Positions 25,506 to 38,486 are shown, counted from the first letter of the whole stretch. The stretch: DNA of 63,015 nt, filler included, from Asterionella formosa (GCA_002256025.1; 20 parts of 20 records of this genome joined end to end with filler, not necessarily neighbours in it), one strand, 5' to 3'. A program made the numbers and translations. The notes: generated by a model not told the origin, from the letters alone.

Positions 25506-26721
25506 GATTCTGCGCGCGTGAGAGAAATATGTGAGCCCATCTTGCAAGCACACACAAAGTCATCTTAATTCGGTTTAGTGCTGGTGAAACTGATATATAT
25601 ATATATTTTTTGTTTTGTTCCGCGATTTCTAAGCGAGGGGTCTCCATTTTTCTACGATTTCCCTACAAAGACTTACATGCCTCAGTGAACGAATACTCCT
25701 ATCCAAGGAGGACTACAGGTATGCAGAGAAAGGGAGAGTGGCTGATCCAATGCTTCCATAAGTGCTGCTGCAATGTTTCATTCGCCAGTCAAAATAATTT
25801 AGTACCTCTTTTCACTTTATATATACAGTATGCACATACCGGTACCGGTAAACTAGGTCTAGTAGAATTAAAATACCACTGTACATTGTTTCTATGAATA
25901 CACATGTACTAGAAACAACGTATTTTCCCTTTTGTCTTGGTTGGGTTGTTCAAATCTTGCTTCTGCCGTACATACCACCGGTATATACATGATATGATTT
26001 GACATACTTTTGTGACAAACCGGGTTTGTTCAAATGAATACACTATCGGTGCCCTATGGTACCTGGTAACCTTGTACTGGTACTCAGAGTAGAACCTATG
26101 ATCAAAACGGTGGTACCAGGTACCTGGCACCGGGCGGTACCACCTAAAAACTGAGAGTCATACAAACTTTCAGTTTTGTACTGATAGTCATAACAAAACG
26201 GGGTAATCACACGGTTTGAGACGAATATTTGTAATATTATAAATCTGTATTAGACAAAGTCCTTCCTGTGCATATTAGGAACAGCATTGTTCGCACTTGA
26301 ACACTGCAATCTTGTACCAGTTCTTTAGTTATAGTAGCCCAAAATTGGCTGTCGACGGTTTTTGGTCCAAATCAGTTTTACCCCATTGAGCCTGCATGAC
26401 TTTTTCAACACATAGGAGAAGCTGAAGCTATATAAATAATTAGCTTGTTTCAAGACTTTTCCGCATCATTACTATGGCATGTTTGCGCCGTTGCAATTAA
26501 GTTGTGCGCCATAATAACTTGTTTATTTAGAGTTGTTTAAGTGCTGGAGCGCCAATCAATAAATATTATAACCTAGTGGTACCTGGTACTGGCATGATAG
26601 ACTACTAGTAGACCAGCACTGCGGCTGGTATGCATGACATAAAAAAAGCCTACAAGTCCAACTTGTCAGTCTCAAAATATACAATTATTTGCAGAGTCAT
26701 CGTTGAGACACTATAGTAATC

Positions 26722-28350
26722 ATGTTGGCAGACCAAGGAATGCTAACTCCTCATGAAACGGAAATTGAGCAGCTAAACCTCAACAATGTAATTCGAGAGT
26801 TAGAAGCTATCAAGGCTAACAACGGAGGTAAAATGCCATATGGCACTATTTCTAAAGTGGTGGAGGCTAGGAAAAGATTGCTCCCATGGCTATCAATTAA
26901 CCATGTCAAGTACCAGATGAAGAAGAACAAGAAATTATTTAATGAGATTTACTCTAGTACTACTACATCGACCAGCACATTCTCAGCTGCTATGGGTAAT
27001 GCCGCCTCATACTCTCTGACTTTTGCTTCCCTTTCCACAATGTCGACCAGCGACTTTAATGTTCCTAGGGACCTTGCCCCCACCATCCCCACCAATTATG
27101 ATTCCTCACCAGCCAGTAGCACCAGCAACCCCCAGCAATTGATTTATTTTATTTGTTTCAAACACAGCAGGACGAAGAGGAGGATGGTGGTGAGATATCA
27201 TTTGATAGCCAGAAGCTAAATGAGCTGACAAGCGCAGAGCAGAATGAGACACACAATATTAAACATACCTGTGAGAATTTTGGTGAGGGCGAGATGAGAA
27301 CAGCAGATGCAGAAGGCAGTGTAAGTCAACAAACAACCAGCACAATCACCGGAGGAAGACCAAAGGGTGCCACTGCAGCCAATGTTGGGCAACGACATGA
27401 AATTGCCATGAGGGAAATATGCGATTTGTATGCTGTTGCTCAAGAAAATTTCAAAGATGCCAAGAGGCGAGTAAAAAATGGAACACTTGCGATGATCATA
27501 ACAGAAGCAAAGGCAAGGAATGGGCTGCCAGAAGAAACTTTCATGAATAGAAGCACAATTGTCAACAGAGTCTCACAAAAAATGGGGCACCGACATGGAA
27601 GGGTAAGCCCAATGCTTGCAATAGAACCATACATGGTGGAATTGATTCATCAACTTGCCCGAATGCGAAATCCTATATCTGTCAGTGATGGTCTTCGACT
27701 TGCCAACTCCCTAATATCTGGAACTAAAATAGGAGACAGCGTCAATTCATGGAGACCAACTCATTCTTCTGCATACCGATCTAATAAAAATCCGAAACTT
27801 GGAATGGGTTACTGGAGAGGGTTCATGAAAAGGAACAAAGACTTAGTGACCGCTAAACGTGGTGTTAAATTTGAAAGCAAGCGAGCTGATTGGTGCACTT
27901 ACAATAATTTTGACGCAATGTATGAGCAAGTGTACAAGGAGATGGTTGCGGGAGGGATTGCTGTTGAATTACCAAATAAGGAATGGTTGAATAAAGAAGG
28001 AGTAGTGGTACTTGAGGAAAAGGATGCATTGAGACTCCAGACAAAGTATAATTTGATTCGTCCTGACCGGCTGCTTTTTGTTGATGAGGTGGGATCAAAC
28101 ACATCTCAAACTAAAGATGGCAATGTGGGGGGAGAGTTATTTTTCTGTGGAAAGGGTGAGCGACCACAGCAAAGATCGGCACATAAAGATGCACACTTTA
28201 CCGTTCTTGGGTTTACAGCTGCGAATGGGAATCCAATTATGTGTGCCATCATTTTTGCTGCTAAGACTCTCGAAGATGAATGGGTACTTGGTCTTGATCC
28301 ATTTGCAGAGTGGGTGGGAGATGAAAACAACTTGTTAGCGAACAGTGGAA
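26722..28350 (+). mobile_element. pogo/Tc1-mariner-superfamily DDE transposase, frameshifted near 27150, 3'-truncated
   Basis: GGRPKG, a CENP-B-like HTH (LGMGYWRGFMKRN), first catalytic Asp in LLFVDEVGSN, and HFTVLGFTAANG. Confidence 0.85.
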
Positions 28351-28450
28351 NNNNNNNNNNNNNNNNNNNNNNNNNNNNNNNNNNNNNNNNNNNNTTAATT
28401 AATTAANNNNNNNNNNNNNNNNNNNNNNNNNNNNNNNNNNNNNNNNNNNN

Positions 28451-30098
28451 CCCCCCCTGCTCCTCTAGACCCTTTGATGTTTCAATGATCTGAGGAGTAG
28501 GAGCAAAATGAACTAGACAAATAGGATCGTGATCCTCTGGTTCATCTAGAGGTTCAGGAATAGGACTGGTGGGAGCGTTCCTTTTGTGTTTACGATCCTT
28601 CATTTTTGTTATTCTGGCCTTGAGCGTAAGGTCACCATAAGGTACCTCATCACTGTAAGGCTCAGCTGAAGTTTCCTTTCGTGGTCGAACAATATTACAA
28701 ATGAGTTCAACACCTTTTTCCCAGTTACCATCAGGACATGTCCAAATGCGATAAGTTAATGCATCTCCATGGTTCCATGCGATACCAACAAACCTTCCTA
28801 GAAGAAAGTTTGGGTTGGGGTACTTGGCGGTTGGCTCATAGTAATAGATTGCTTGCCAGAAGGAAAATCGAAACACAGAAATGTCTGGAGTTCTTCCGTA
28901 AAGTCTCTCAATGGGAGTCCTCCAATCCAGTCCCTTATGTGCTGAATGATTTAGGCAATCAATAACCCACATCATGCAATAGCACCAGAACGTAAGTGCT
29001 GGAGCTTTTGCCAAGCGTAGAGATAAAATAGTTCAAGATTTAATGTCTCGGATCTTGAGCTCTGCCTGGTTCTGGTTTTGGTTGTGTGTGGGACAGAATG
29101 GATTTGTTTTGTGATGTTTTCCCAGCTTGTTTTAGTCCACAATATGCCAGACTGAGTTTGAGAGTTATCAGTCAACAAAATGTTGGGAGCTCCAACCTCA
29201 CGTACAAAATCCTGGTATGCTCCATGTGAATGTGCCTCTCTAAACATACAACGTGCAAACAGAAATTGCGATGGAATATGAATGAAGAGTTGCACACATG
29301 AGTAGTTCCGGATGGACTTGATAGATGAGAAAAATGTATCCGAATCTGTCCTGCCATCGAGTCGATTAGGATGAAGAGGAATTAGACGCTTCTTTCGATG
29401 CTGTCTGGGTGCTTCTCTATTCTCCATTTCAACTGTCTGGGTGCAGAGCTGTGTTGTTGCTTCGAGTGTCTTCTTGGTTACAATCTCAGTTGAATTTCCA
29501 AGACGTTTCTCCCATAGAGTTGGCTCCTCTTCAACAATGCTTCCGCGTCCCCTCCTAGATGACTGCTTCAACAACTCAGATGAGTTGCTGGGAATTCGTG
29601 GTGTCAACCAATGAATTGTGTGGGAGTTTGCTTCTTCGATTGTAGGTAGGCAAACATTGAATGTAAGAAGTTTTTCATCATCAGTGAACAATAGTTTAAT
29701 CTGAATGTTGTCAACCTCAATGCATTGCAAACCGCTATCCCGTTCAGAAATGTCATGAACAATAACATTATTGTGCCTCATCACATGAGTGTTGATCAGC
29801 AGCGCTTAAAGGCTGCTCCCCCCAACCCAAGTAAATAAGTTTCTTTTGTTTCTGGATGTTCATAAGCAGTGACTGCATTGACAATTGGAAGAGTAGGTCC
29901 ATCCATATTGGCCCCCCAACCATACAGTTTTGCGCTCTTGCTCACTTTTTCCAGAACTCTCCATCCAACTCCGCCAATGACCTCAAATTCAGTTCCTCCA
30001 TCAAGCACAACCCTTGCTGCTTCCCCCGGAATGCGTCCACGTCGGAGTACTGGGTTGCGACGTATACTATACTTCGAACAAAGTGCTAGATATATCAA
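28451..30098 (-). pseudogene. Degenerate copia (CoDi-like) pol: protease-like region and integrase
   Basis: VVLDGGTE, TDSDTFFS, VGAPNILLTDNS, RTPIERLYGRTPDIS, GRFVGIAWNHGDALTY; several stops and frameshifts. Confidence 0.85.
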
Positions 30099-30129
30099 TA
30101 GTCATTTGGAAAGGTAAAGCGATCGTGAT

Positions 30130-31015
30130 ATTCCAAAATTGTCAAAATACTACAGATCTGGGATGACAGCTTTGTCGAAAATGTCAGGGCAAGATGGGTT
30201 CAGAGAACATGCACCTAGAAAAGGATTTCACATTGCTGTTATGGTTATGTATATCTATCAATGACACTTTATTCATACCACAGTATACATCAACATGTGT
30301 TGATATTTTAGAGGAAAGGGTAAAGAGAGGATTTATGTCAGTTACTAAGATTATGATTTGTCCCCAATGGGAAATGATATCTCAAATTGGGTTACGAATG
30401 GCAAAATGTCACAGAATGAAACATTACCCTCATCTGATTAGGAAGTTCGGATCTCCTTTTAATTTCTTTGGTGGATATTTGGAGTCTTTTTTGAAAGACA
30501 AATTGAAACGACCCAGTAAGCGTGTCAACGGACAATTACATCGATTAAAGCATGACATTTTAACAAGGTCATCTGAAACAAGGCAGTCTGCCTTGGCACG
30601 AAAAATTGTTTTTGTAAGTGATTCATTACATACAGAAAACAAACAAAAGAAGATGAGTAGAGAAAATACCATCAATGTAACTGAGGGTATTTCAACAGAA
30701 ATTGATTTCGAAGGAATGATTCCGGATACAATGATGTTGCCTAGTAGGTCACCTGATAATTTGGGAATGTTGCCTACTAACAAGATCCATTCCCAAGCCC
30801 TTCCTGTTAAAGTTCAAGTCTCTGCTTTATCATCAAATGGTCTATGGACTATATCAGGTGTCCCTAATAAGATTGGGCATGTATCACAGAGTAAGGATTC
30901 ACCTTTGTCTTTATTGATTCATCCTGATTTACCGAAGGGGGCCAACTACGTAAAGAGCATTGCGAATTCAGCAATAGAAATAGCAAGAATCTTTGGAGTG
31001 TTTTTGGCGGACGGT
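30130..31015 (+). pseudogene. Plavaka/CACTA-like transposase C-terminal relic
   Basis: KCHRMKHYPHLIRKFGSPFNFFGGYLESFLKDKLKRPSKRVN matches the K-x-H...H...FG...NF...E...K-x-P pattern of these transposases. Confidence 0.55.
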
Positions 31016-31017
31016 TT

Positions 31018-31195
31018 AATTGGCAATGCCACTGGCAGTGCTATTATCGGTGACAATACGGGTAGAAGGTTGGGGATGACCAAGCTCAACAAGAATGTTG
31101 CGAATAGCATATGCCTCTTTGCCATGATTGTGGAACAAAGCAGCTAATTCGTCCTCAGCAGCACTTGATAAAACCTCCTTAAGAATTTGACAGTG
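31018..31195 (-). pseudogene. Copia RNase H fragment
   Basis: ILKEVLSSAAEDELAALF...IRNILVELGHPQPSTRIVTDNSTASGIAN. Confidence 0.9.
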
Positions 31196-31505
31196 TACAA
31201 ATTGTTTGATTGCAATCTGCCCTGAATTGATTGAGAAAAACAGAACGAAATGGATCTCGAGAAATATCGCGACATGATTCGTGAGGATGCAAGCAACAAC
31301 CAACCCTAATGAGGACAAAATAGGTACGGAACAAAACATTTAATATTAAATTTGAAATGCTAAACTAAATATCTATTCGAATTAGTGTGTGTTATCGACT
31401 GCAAATCTTCGGAGTGCTATTGGGCATGAATTGATGGAGAAAATCGAAGCGATGTGGTTGTTGGCAAGTGGGTGCATGAAGCATATCAACAATCATCCTT
31501 ACCAT
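31196..31505 (-). repeat. 310-nt segment apparently identical to 53800-54109 (reverse complement)
   Basis: The ORF track shows the same peptide MFCSVPILSS...AIKQFV at both sites, and the nucleotides match by eye. Confidence 0.92.
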
Positions 31506-31605
31506 NNNNNNNNNNNNNNNNNNNNNNNNNNNNNNNNNNNNNNNNNNNNTTAATTAATTAANNNNNNNNNNNNNNNNNNNNNNNNNNNNNNNNNNNNNNN
31601 NNNNN

Positions 31606-34415
31606 AGGTTGACCCACAACAGATGCATGGCAGTAAGTGGTTCAGGAAATCCAGCTATCGTAGCAAACAAGATTGCACAAATTTCACCAATGTTGCAACT
31701 TATCAAAAAACAAATGAAGGCTTGCATGTTGGAATATATACGGCGTCCTTCTTCGACAGCCACAACGATTGTTGCAAAGTTATCATCAGCTAGAATCATA
31801 TCAGCCGCTTCTTTTGCCACTTCCGTTCCAGTGATTCCCATGGCAACACCGATTGCCGCCTGTTGAAGAGCAGGGGCATCGTTTACTCCATCGCCTGTCA
31901 TGGCAGGAATCTCATTCAGGCTTTGGAGCATCTTGATTAACTTTTGCTTATCAGCTGGTTCAGCACGGCAAAATACAATGTTGTCGCTCTTGAGAATCTC
32001 AAGTTGCTCTTCGTCGGACTTCAAGAAGAACTCTCTACCTTCAAAAGCCTTGAGCACCTCGCCTTCCTGTACTGGTGGGAAGATATTTACGTCTCGTGCA
32101 ATCGCTACAGCCGTGTCCTTGGCATCCCCGGTGATCATCATGACTCGGATTCCAGCTTCAGTGCATTTTTTGATGCTCTCGGCAACTTCTGGACGAGCAG
32201 GATCCTTTATTCCTACAATTCCAACAAGAGTCAACCCGCTTTCAACGTCCTTGTACCTCTTCGGGTCAGACAAAAGAGGATGCTTAGCAACATCGCCTTC
32301 ACTTGTGGATTCAAAACCTCGAAGACTACTTTCTAAGTATTGGTTTTCCTTTACAGCCAATGCCAAGCATCGTAGTGGCCTCTTGGCAAGCTCTGTAGTT
32401 TTTCCTTCTATCGCTCGTCTCATTTCTCCGGTAATTTTTTTTACTGTTCCATCTCGCAACTTAACATGAGTGCAACGGTTAATTAGCAAGTTCGGTGCAC
32501 CCTTGACAAGGAGTCGATTGCCATGTTTACTATATCCTGGGCCGCGAGAGTCCTTTTTTGACGTTTTCCTGGGGTATTCACAGAGGACTGACATAGATTT
32601 TCGATCTCTGTTAAACTCTAATGTTGCTTGTCGAGGATGAAAAATTCTCCATTCATTGACGTTGGCGTTCGCAAGAATGCTTGGAGGAACATTTACGTGA
32701 AGGCCATCCTCATCGATGTGACCTCTGTCCATATAGTGGGACATACCGCCCAGTTTTTCAGCAAGTACACATAGAGCAGCTTCGGTGGGTTCGCCAACGC
32801 GTTCAAATGTCTTTTCAACCTTTGCAGTTGGCTTCTTCTTCCTTTTCGACCTTTCTTGATCATCGAAACCATCTTCGCCAGAACTGACTTCTGTTCGGTC
32901 ATGTCCAATAATCTTGGCATCATTGCAGAGAGCGCAGACAGCAGCCACATCAGCTACTGCTCCAGCAGGAATATCCTTCACTTCTCCATCTGATGAAATA
33001 CCATCAACATTTCCAACTGGAGTGTACGAGGTGCCTTCGACAAAGTGTTCCTTCAAACCGGAGCTTCCCTGACTTTCATCTTGTTCCATCAAGACCAATG
33101 ATACTACGGTCATTTCATTCGTTGTCAAAGTTCCAGTCTTGTCGGTACAAATCACCGACACACACCCCAACGTCTCGACCGACGGCAATTTTCTAACAAT
33201 GACATTTCGCTGGGCCATACGCCTCGTGCCCAAGCTCAAACAGAGTGTAATGACTGCAGGTAGACCTTCCGGAATGGCTGCCACCCCTAGGGCCACAGAC
33301 ACTTTGGCAAAATAGATGGCTCCTTCCCACGGCGACGAAAATGACGGATCATCCATTTTAGGAATGCTAATGACCCAAACCAACAAACAGATGAACCCAA
33401 TGATCACGGTAAGAGTATTGCCAAACTCATCCAATTTAATGGCCAAGGGTGTCTTGGGTTGATCTTCCTTGGCTTGGGTCACTCCCTGTTGTATCTTTCC
33501 CATTTGAGATGTCATGCCAGTTTGGACAACAATAGCACGACCGGACCCAGACGTTACCATGGTTCCACTATATAACATCCCCCGTTGATCCTGCAAGGCA
33601 AGGTTACTATCCACAAGTCCTTCATCTCCAGGAAACTTCGAAACTGTGACACTTTCTCCAGTGAGAGACCCTTCATCTACTTGCATGGAGGAGGACAAGA
33701 GTGATAAGAGTCTTGCATCCGCAGGAATCTTGTCCCCAACACGAATTTCTAAAATATCTCCAGGTACCAATTGAGCGGCATCCATGCCTGCCTTCCAAAC
33801 ACCATCTCGCAAGACTGTGGCTACGGCAGGTTGCATCTTTTGGAGTGCCTCCAGTGACCCCTGGGCGGATTGGCTTTGCCATACTCCCACCGCAGCGTTC
33901 ATGATGAGAATGGCAAGAATGACCATGGGTTCAACAAAGCTCTGATACCAAGGATGGTCTCCGAGCTCCAGATATGAGAAGATCCCACTCAAGATAGCAA
34001 CGCCAAGTAATATTTGCACCAATCGATCTTCGAACTGTTCCAAAATCAATTGCCAGGTTGATTTTCCAGGCGACGACTCTAAGGCATTGGGTCCATACTG
34101 AGCCAGACGAGCTGCCACTTGATCTTGTGACAACCCCCCTGGAGAGGATTGGAGTGTCGCCCAAAGGTCGTCCATGTTGACAGATCCTGGATCTGCCGAG
34201 GAGGCATTGTAGCTAAGCAGTGATGTGGTGGATACCCCTGACTCTTGCTGTGAGAAGGAACCACCCCGTATCCTGGCGAAATTTCGGAGACTACCGCACG
34301 TGGAACTTGACAAAGGAGGCAGGACGAATGCAGACTGTAACGGCAGAGATGACACAACGATAGTTGACAGGATGAAGCAACTGCAACTGGTCCAGAAGGC
34401 TGATTGGATCGCCAT
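31606..34415 (-). CDS. SERCA: P-type IIA (SERCA/ECA-type) Ca2+-ATPase with N-terminal presequence, 3'-truncated
   Basis: LTGES, VAAIPEGLPAVITLCL, DKTGTLT, GEPTEAAL, KGAP, MITGD, TGDGVNDAPAL, ISCNIGE, LLWVN. First ATG at 34415. Confidence 0.96.
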
Positions 34416-35120
34416 TGTCGCCTCTATATTGAAGCGGAAACAAGTGCGTCGTGGAAGTCCAAGCAACTTGGTTAGCAGAGAAGATTACGATGCATGGACA
34501 ACTATGAACCGGTAGACTAGACTACTGCTCCGGGAGTTCATCAGTGTTGTGTGTATTTGGCTGATATCATATACCGGTACTGATGCAGTGATTGGTGAAT
34601 ACTAATGCGCACATCATGATGAGTACGGGTATCTGGGTTCGTCGTACATAAGATTTGGTGNNNNNNNNNNNNNNNNNNNNNNNNNNNNNNNNNNNNNNNN
34701 NNNNTTAATTAATTAANNNNNNNNNNNNNNNNNNNNNNNNNNNNNNNNNNNNNNNNNNNNAATTCTTCTTTTCGCCCTTTCAGAGGCGATGGGTCTGATG
34801 AACTGTAAAGATCTCGATGTGAAGAGGCTAAGCGGAACTATGGCAAAGATAAAAGAGATGAAAACGATCAAACAAACAAAGACTATAAGTGCTTATAAAA
34901 TCACCGGTTGTTACACATACAAAACAAGAGAAAGTATCGTTCTCTTGTGACTTATTTCTGACGTCGTCTGACGTTGACAGGGCTGATGTGTTCATATTTA
35001 AGTATATATGTATACGGGTATATGAAGTTGCCATATCTATCGCGAGAATTGCATAAATATATCATCGTCTATTAATTTTGTTTCTCTTCGCCTTCGAGAC
35101 CGTTTACAACAAGGCAAACT

Positions 35121-35636
35121 ATGTCGTCAAGCAACAATAACAAGAAGAATGATGACGGTGGAAGCAAAAAGAAGGAACCCAGTGACACCCTGGATGAGAA
35201 GGAGTCCCCTGCTTTGTCGACTTTCCAAGAAGGAACTCAGTGTGACGAAGAAGAATCGTCGTTCCTCGAAGATAAAATCAGAATTGCTAGTAGAAGTAAT
35301 GCACAAAGGCAAAAGAAAAAGAATTTGGCACCCACATCCTCAGAAAAGAATGATCATGAAGAGTCGGAAGACGTTACTACACCTGTTGTGGCACCACCAC
35401 AACAACAGGCATGTCCTGGCGCATTTTCAGAAGGAGGCCAGCCGGAATCTGCAGCAGTACTCGCTGCTCAGGTTGTGGATGAACCAGAACTTGCAGATGC
35501 TGTTATTTTGGACCAAGAAGCAATTGGAAGAGCCTATTGTGAACGTCGATTGTTGCAAGTCCTGGGTATAGTTTTGTTGATTGGCATGTTTGTCATTGGC
35601 TTCTTCCTGGTTTTTGTTCTGGTACAAGGAGTTTGA
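35121..35636 (+). CDS. Single-pass membrane protein with an acidic disordered N-terminus and PGAF motif; possibly a truncated receptor-like gene
   Basis: CPGAFS...LAAQVV followed by the TM helix VLGIVLLIGMFVIGFFLVFVLV. The stop codon abuts TTAGGG repeats. Confidence 0.6.
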   Translation: MSSSNNNKKNDDGGSKKKEPSDTLDEKESPALSTFQEGTQCDEEESSFLEDKIRIASRSNAQRQKKKNLAPTSSEKNDHEESEDVTTPVVAPPQQQACPGAFSEGGQPESAAVLAAQVVDEPELADAVILDQEAIGRAYCERRLLQVLGIVLLIGMFVIGFFLVFVLVQGV

Positions 35637-35780
35637 GTTAGGGTTAGGGTTAGATGGTAGATTCGTTGGATCATGCCTGCAATAATACCGCAAAGGACAC
35701 CAGGAGGGTGTGCGCTGTGTGGCGGTATGTAAAGATAGGGGTTCATTGATTTTTCGAATAGTGTTGTATCAATAGAACAG

Positions 35781-36166
35781 GTTAGGGAAAAGGGACGACG
35801 CCTCTAGGCGTCATCCCTATAGAGCATCCAGCCCTTCTAGGGCTGGGCATGTAACTGTAGCACACAGTATGACTAATCCTATAGATGGAAACTGGTATGA
35901 GAATGAATGTGTTAGTACCGGTTGTTTGTCTTTTGATATCAATATGTAGAGGTGCACTGTGTTGTACTTACCATAGTGTTAGGGTTAGGGTATAGAGCAT
36001 CCAGCCCTTCTAGGGCTGGGCATGTAACTGTAGCACACAGTATGACTAATCCTATAGATGGAAACTGGTATGAGAATGAATGCGTTAGTACCGGTTGTAT
36101 GTCTTTTGATATCAATATGTAGAAGTGCACTGTGTTGTACTTACCGGTTAGGGTTAGGGTTAGGGT
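35781..36166 (-). repeat. Two tandem copies of the twin-hairpin repeat, separated and flanked by TTAGGG repeats
   Basis: Homologous to 3277-3475. GTTAGGG tracts lie at 35782, 35978-35990 and 36147-36165. Confidence 0.9.
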
Positions 36167-36240
36167 ATATAAAACGTATCTACCAACATTTCTTTTGATT
36201 TGATTTGTTAACCGAATTCTATTTGATAAAATAATCATTT

Positions 36241-36561
36241 CTAACAATTCCGAACAAAGATGAAGGAGAATAGGAGAGGAGATCCGCCCACAACAAGCAA
36301 CAGCAAACAAACTGTTTTTGGCAGGGCAGGGTTGACCCTTGGGAAGAATGAAATGTGTTGTGCTCTGTTTCAGGCAGGCTATCAATCATTTGTTTTTCGC
36401 ATTGTCGAAACAATTCCTCTGGTGCAAAGGGGACAATTATATACATGATGGTAAGCAAGTGCAATGTTTTCTTGCCTTTTGTTGCTTGATACTGTTTGCT
36501 GTTGCTTGTTGTGGGCGGATCTCCTCTCCTATTCTCCTTCATCTTTGTTCGGAATTGTTAG
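36241..36561. repeat. Perfect 69-bp inverted repeat with a 183-nt spacer
   Basis: 36241-36309 is the exact reverse complement of 36493-36561. Confidence 0.97.
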
Positions 36562-38486
36562 CGCATGAATTGCTATTTGTAATGAATTATAAAAAGGGCT
36601 ACATCGTGTGCTTCTTACTTGCTTGTTGAACACAAACTTACTCTGCAAACGCTGTTCTTTGTCTACAGACAATCAATCTGTTGAGCGAGAGATTTTTTGG
36701 GAATCAGGCTGCGGCATGGTAGCTAAGCACAACGAAAATGATGCCTTTGTAACGATTGTTTGTTCATGAACTCACTCTGCGATTGTTGTTCACTGATCGC
36801 AAACAATCATATGATCAGGGCTGGGTTGGCCATTGGGGAACATGGTAAGGAGCACAGCAGAACCGAAATCATGGCTTCGTAACTTTTTTTCTCATCAACT
36901 CACTCTGCAAATGTTTCCCTCTTTCTACAAAAGAAAATCAATCCGAGCAATGAGAATGAGCAGCCGGCTCATTTGCTATGAATTGATCTACCGGTAGTAG
37001 TAACATGGATTCCTGCAAGTACTATGAGTAGCCAAGCAATCTTGCGATTAGTTACAGCATCCAGCGGCAAGAATGAACATTCATTGCTTGTTGTATTGGT
37101 TTGAGAATCACGTTCTATAGAAAGTATCAATATAAACTATATAGCGAAGCGATTAATTTGATTGATTTTGCGATTGTAGAATGAAATTGAAAAAGTGAAT
37201 TGGTTACACATAATTATTTGTTTGACTAGCATATATATTTGTTTAACCTTGAGGTATTAATGTGATCAAAGTGAAGATAAAATGGGAGCAAACTAACAGA
37301 ATTAATGGTAGTCAGAGTGAAGAATATTTGTGAACGGAAATGTTGTGAATTGTAGAGAAAAGTACTGTATTATAGAGATTATTACTGAACAAATTTTTCT
37401 TCATGTCACCAGAAAATATTGTCAGTTGGCCCCAAAAATTATGTGGGTTTCTAAAATAATAATGGAAGTTGTCAAAACTATTTTAGTTCACTCCGTCCAT
37501 ATATATTGTATGATGCATTATATTTTTTTGTGATGTCATACCCTTAAATTATGTATGTAGCTAAATTCGTCATATTGGGCCACCCAAATAATTAATTTGG
37601 GTGATCATATTTGACTAGGTTTTTTTTATGGCGGCTGTACCAGTAATCGGCGTTGTAGCTAGATGTATGATTGAAGACGAGAATAGCACATTGTCAATGT
37701 CATCATTGGATTTTCCGGTGTGCTGTTATCGCTTTGTTGCCAGTAAATTTTGTATCTATGAAGAGTGGCAAGGGCGCGCTTCCACTACACATGTCATGAC
37801 ATGCTGATTAAAGANNNNNNNNNNNNNNNNNNNNNNNNNNNNNNNNNNNNNNNNNNNNTTAATTAATTAANNNNNNNNNNNNNNNNNNNNNNNNNNNNNN
37901 NNNNNNNNNNNNNNTCGTGGAAAACTTTTTTAGCGTATGGTCTAAATACTGATCCTCAACAATAGGGGTTACACCTTTTGCAATGTGAAACACTCAATTA
38001 AACATTTTTGTACTTTGCATTTTGTTTAGCCTTCTTACCAAGTAGGTTCAGATATTTTGAAAGTCCAATCCTCCCAAGTCTATTTTTTCTGGGTCCCTTC
38101 GCCAGTTCTACATCACCCACATGCACTAGATAATTTGTCTCTGTTGACAGGTCAAAGTATATCTTGAATGTATGTGTTGCATTCAAGAGTTCACCATTAT
38201 GTGACACTGACATTGCTTCTTACCCCCTACAAGCACCAGCTTGTGCTGGCTTCCTAGGTGATTGGAGTTTCCTCTAAAAACACTCTGGCTAAGATGATCA
38301 TTTTTGAGAAAGGTGGTTGGGGAATCACCTAGCTACACTAACAAAACTAGGTAAGGACAGGCCTTATCTGAAGGTAGCACAATGAATACTTGCCTTGAAA
38401 AAGTGGAGTAGGAATGGGCTGTAAAACAGATTATCATTTTATTCTACTTCTCTGATGCAAGTGTTGCAGCTTACATGCAATCACTT

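Noticed and set aside
31609..34515. Numerous overlapping or antisense ORFs over the ATPase (likewise over the helicase and copia)
   Set aside because: Shadow frames of real coding sequence.
18981..34660. Functional cluster of helicase, V-ATPase-like gene and Ca-ATPase
   Set aside because: The genes are on separate contigs; their adjacency is artificial.
34795..34850. CTGATGA as a hammerhead ribozyme core
   Set aside because: No properly placed GAAA or stem II could be formed.
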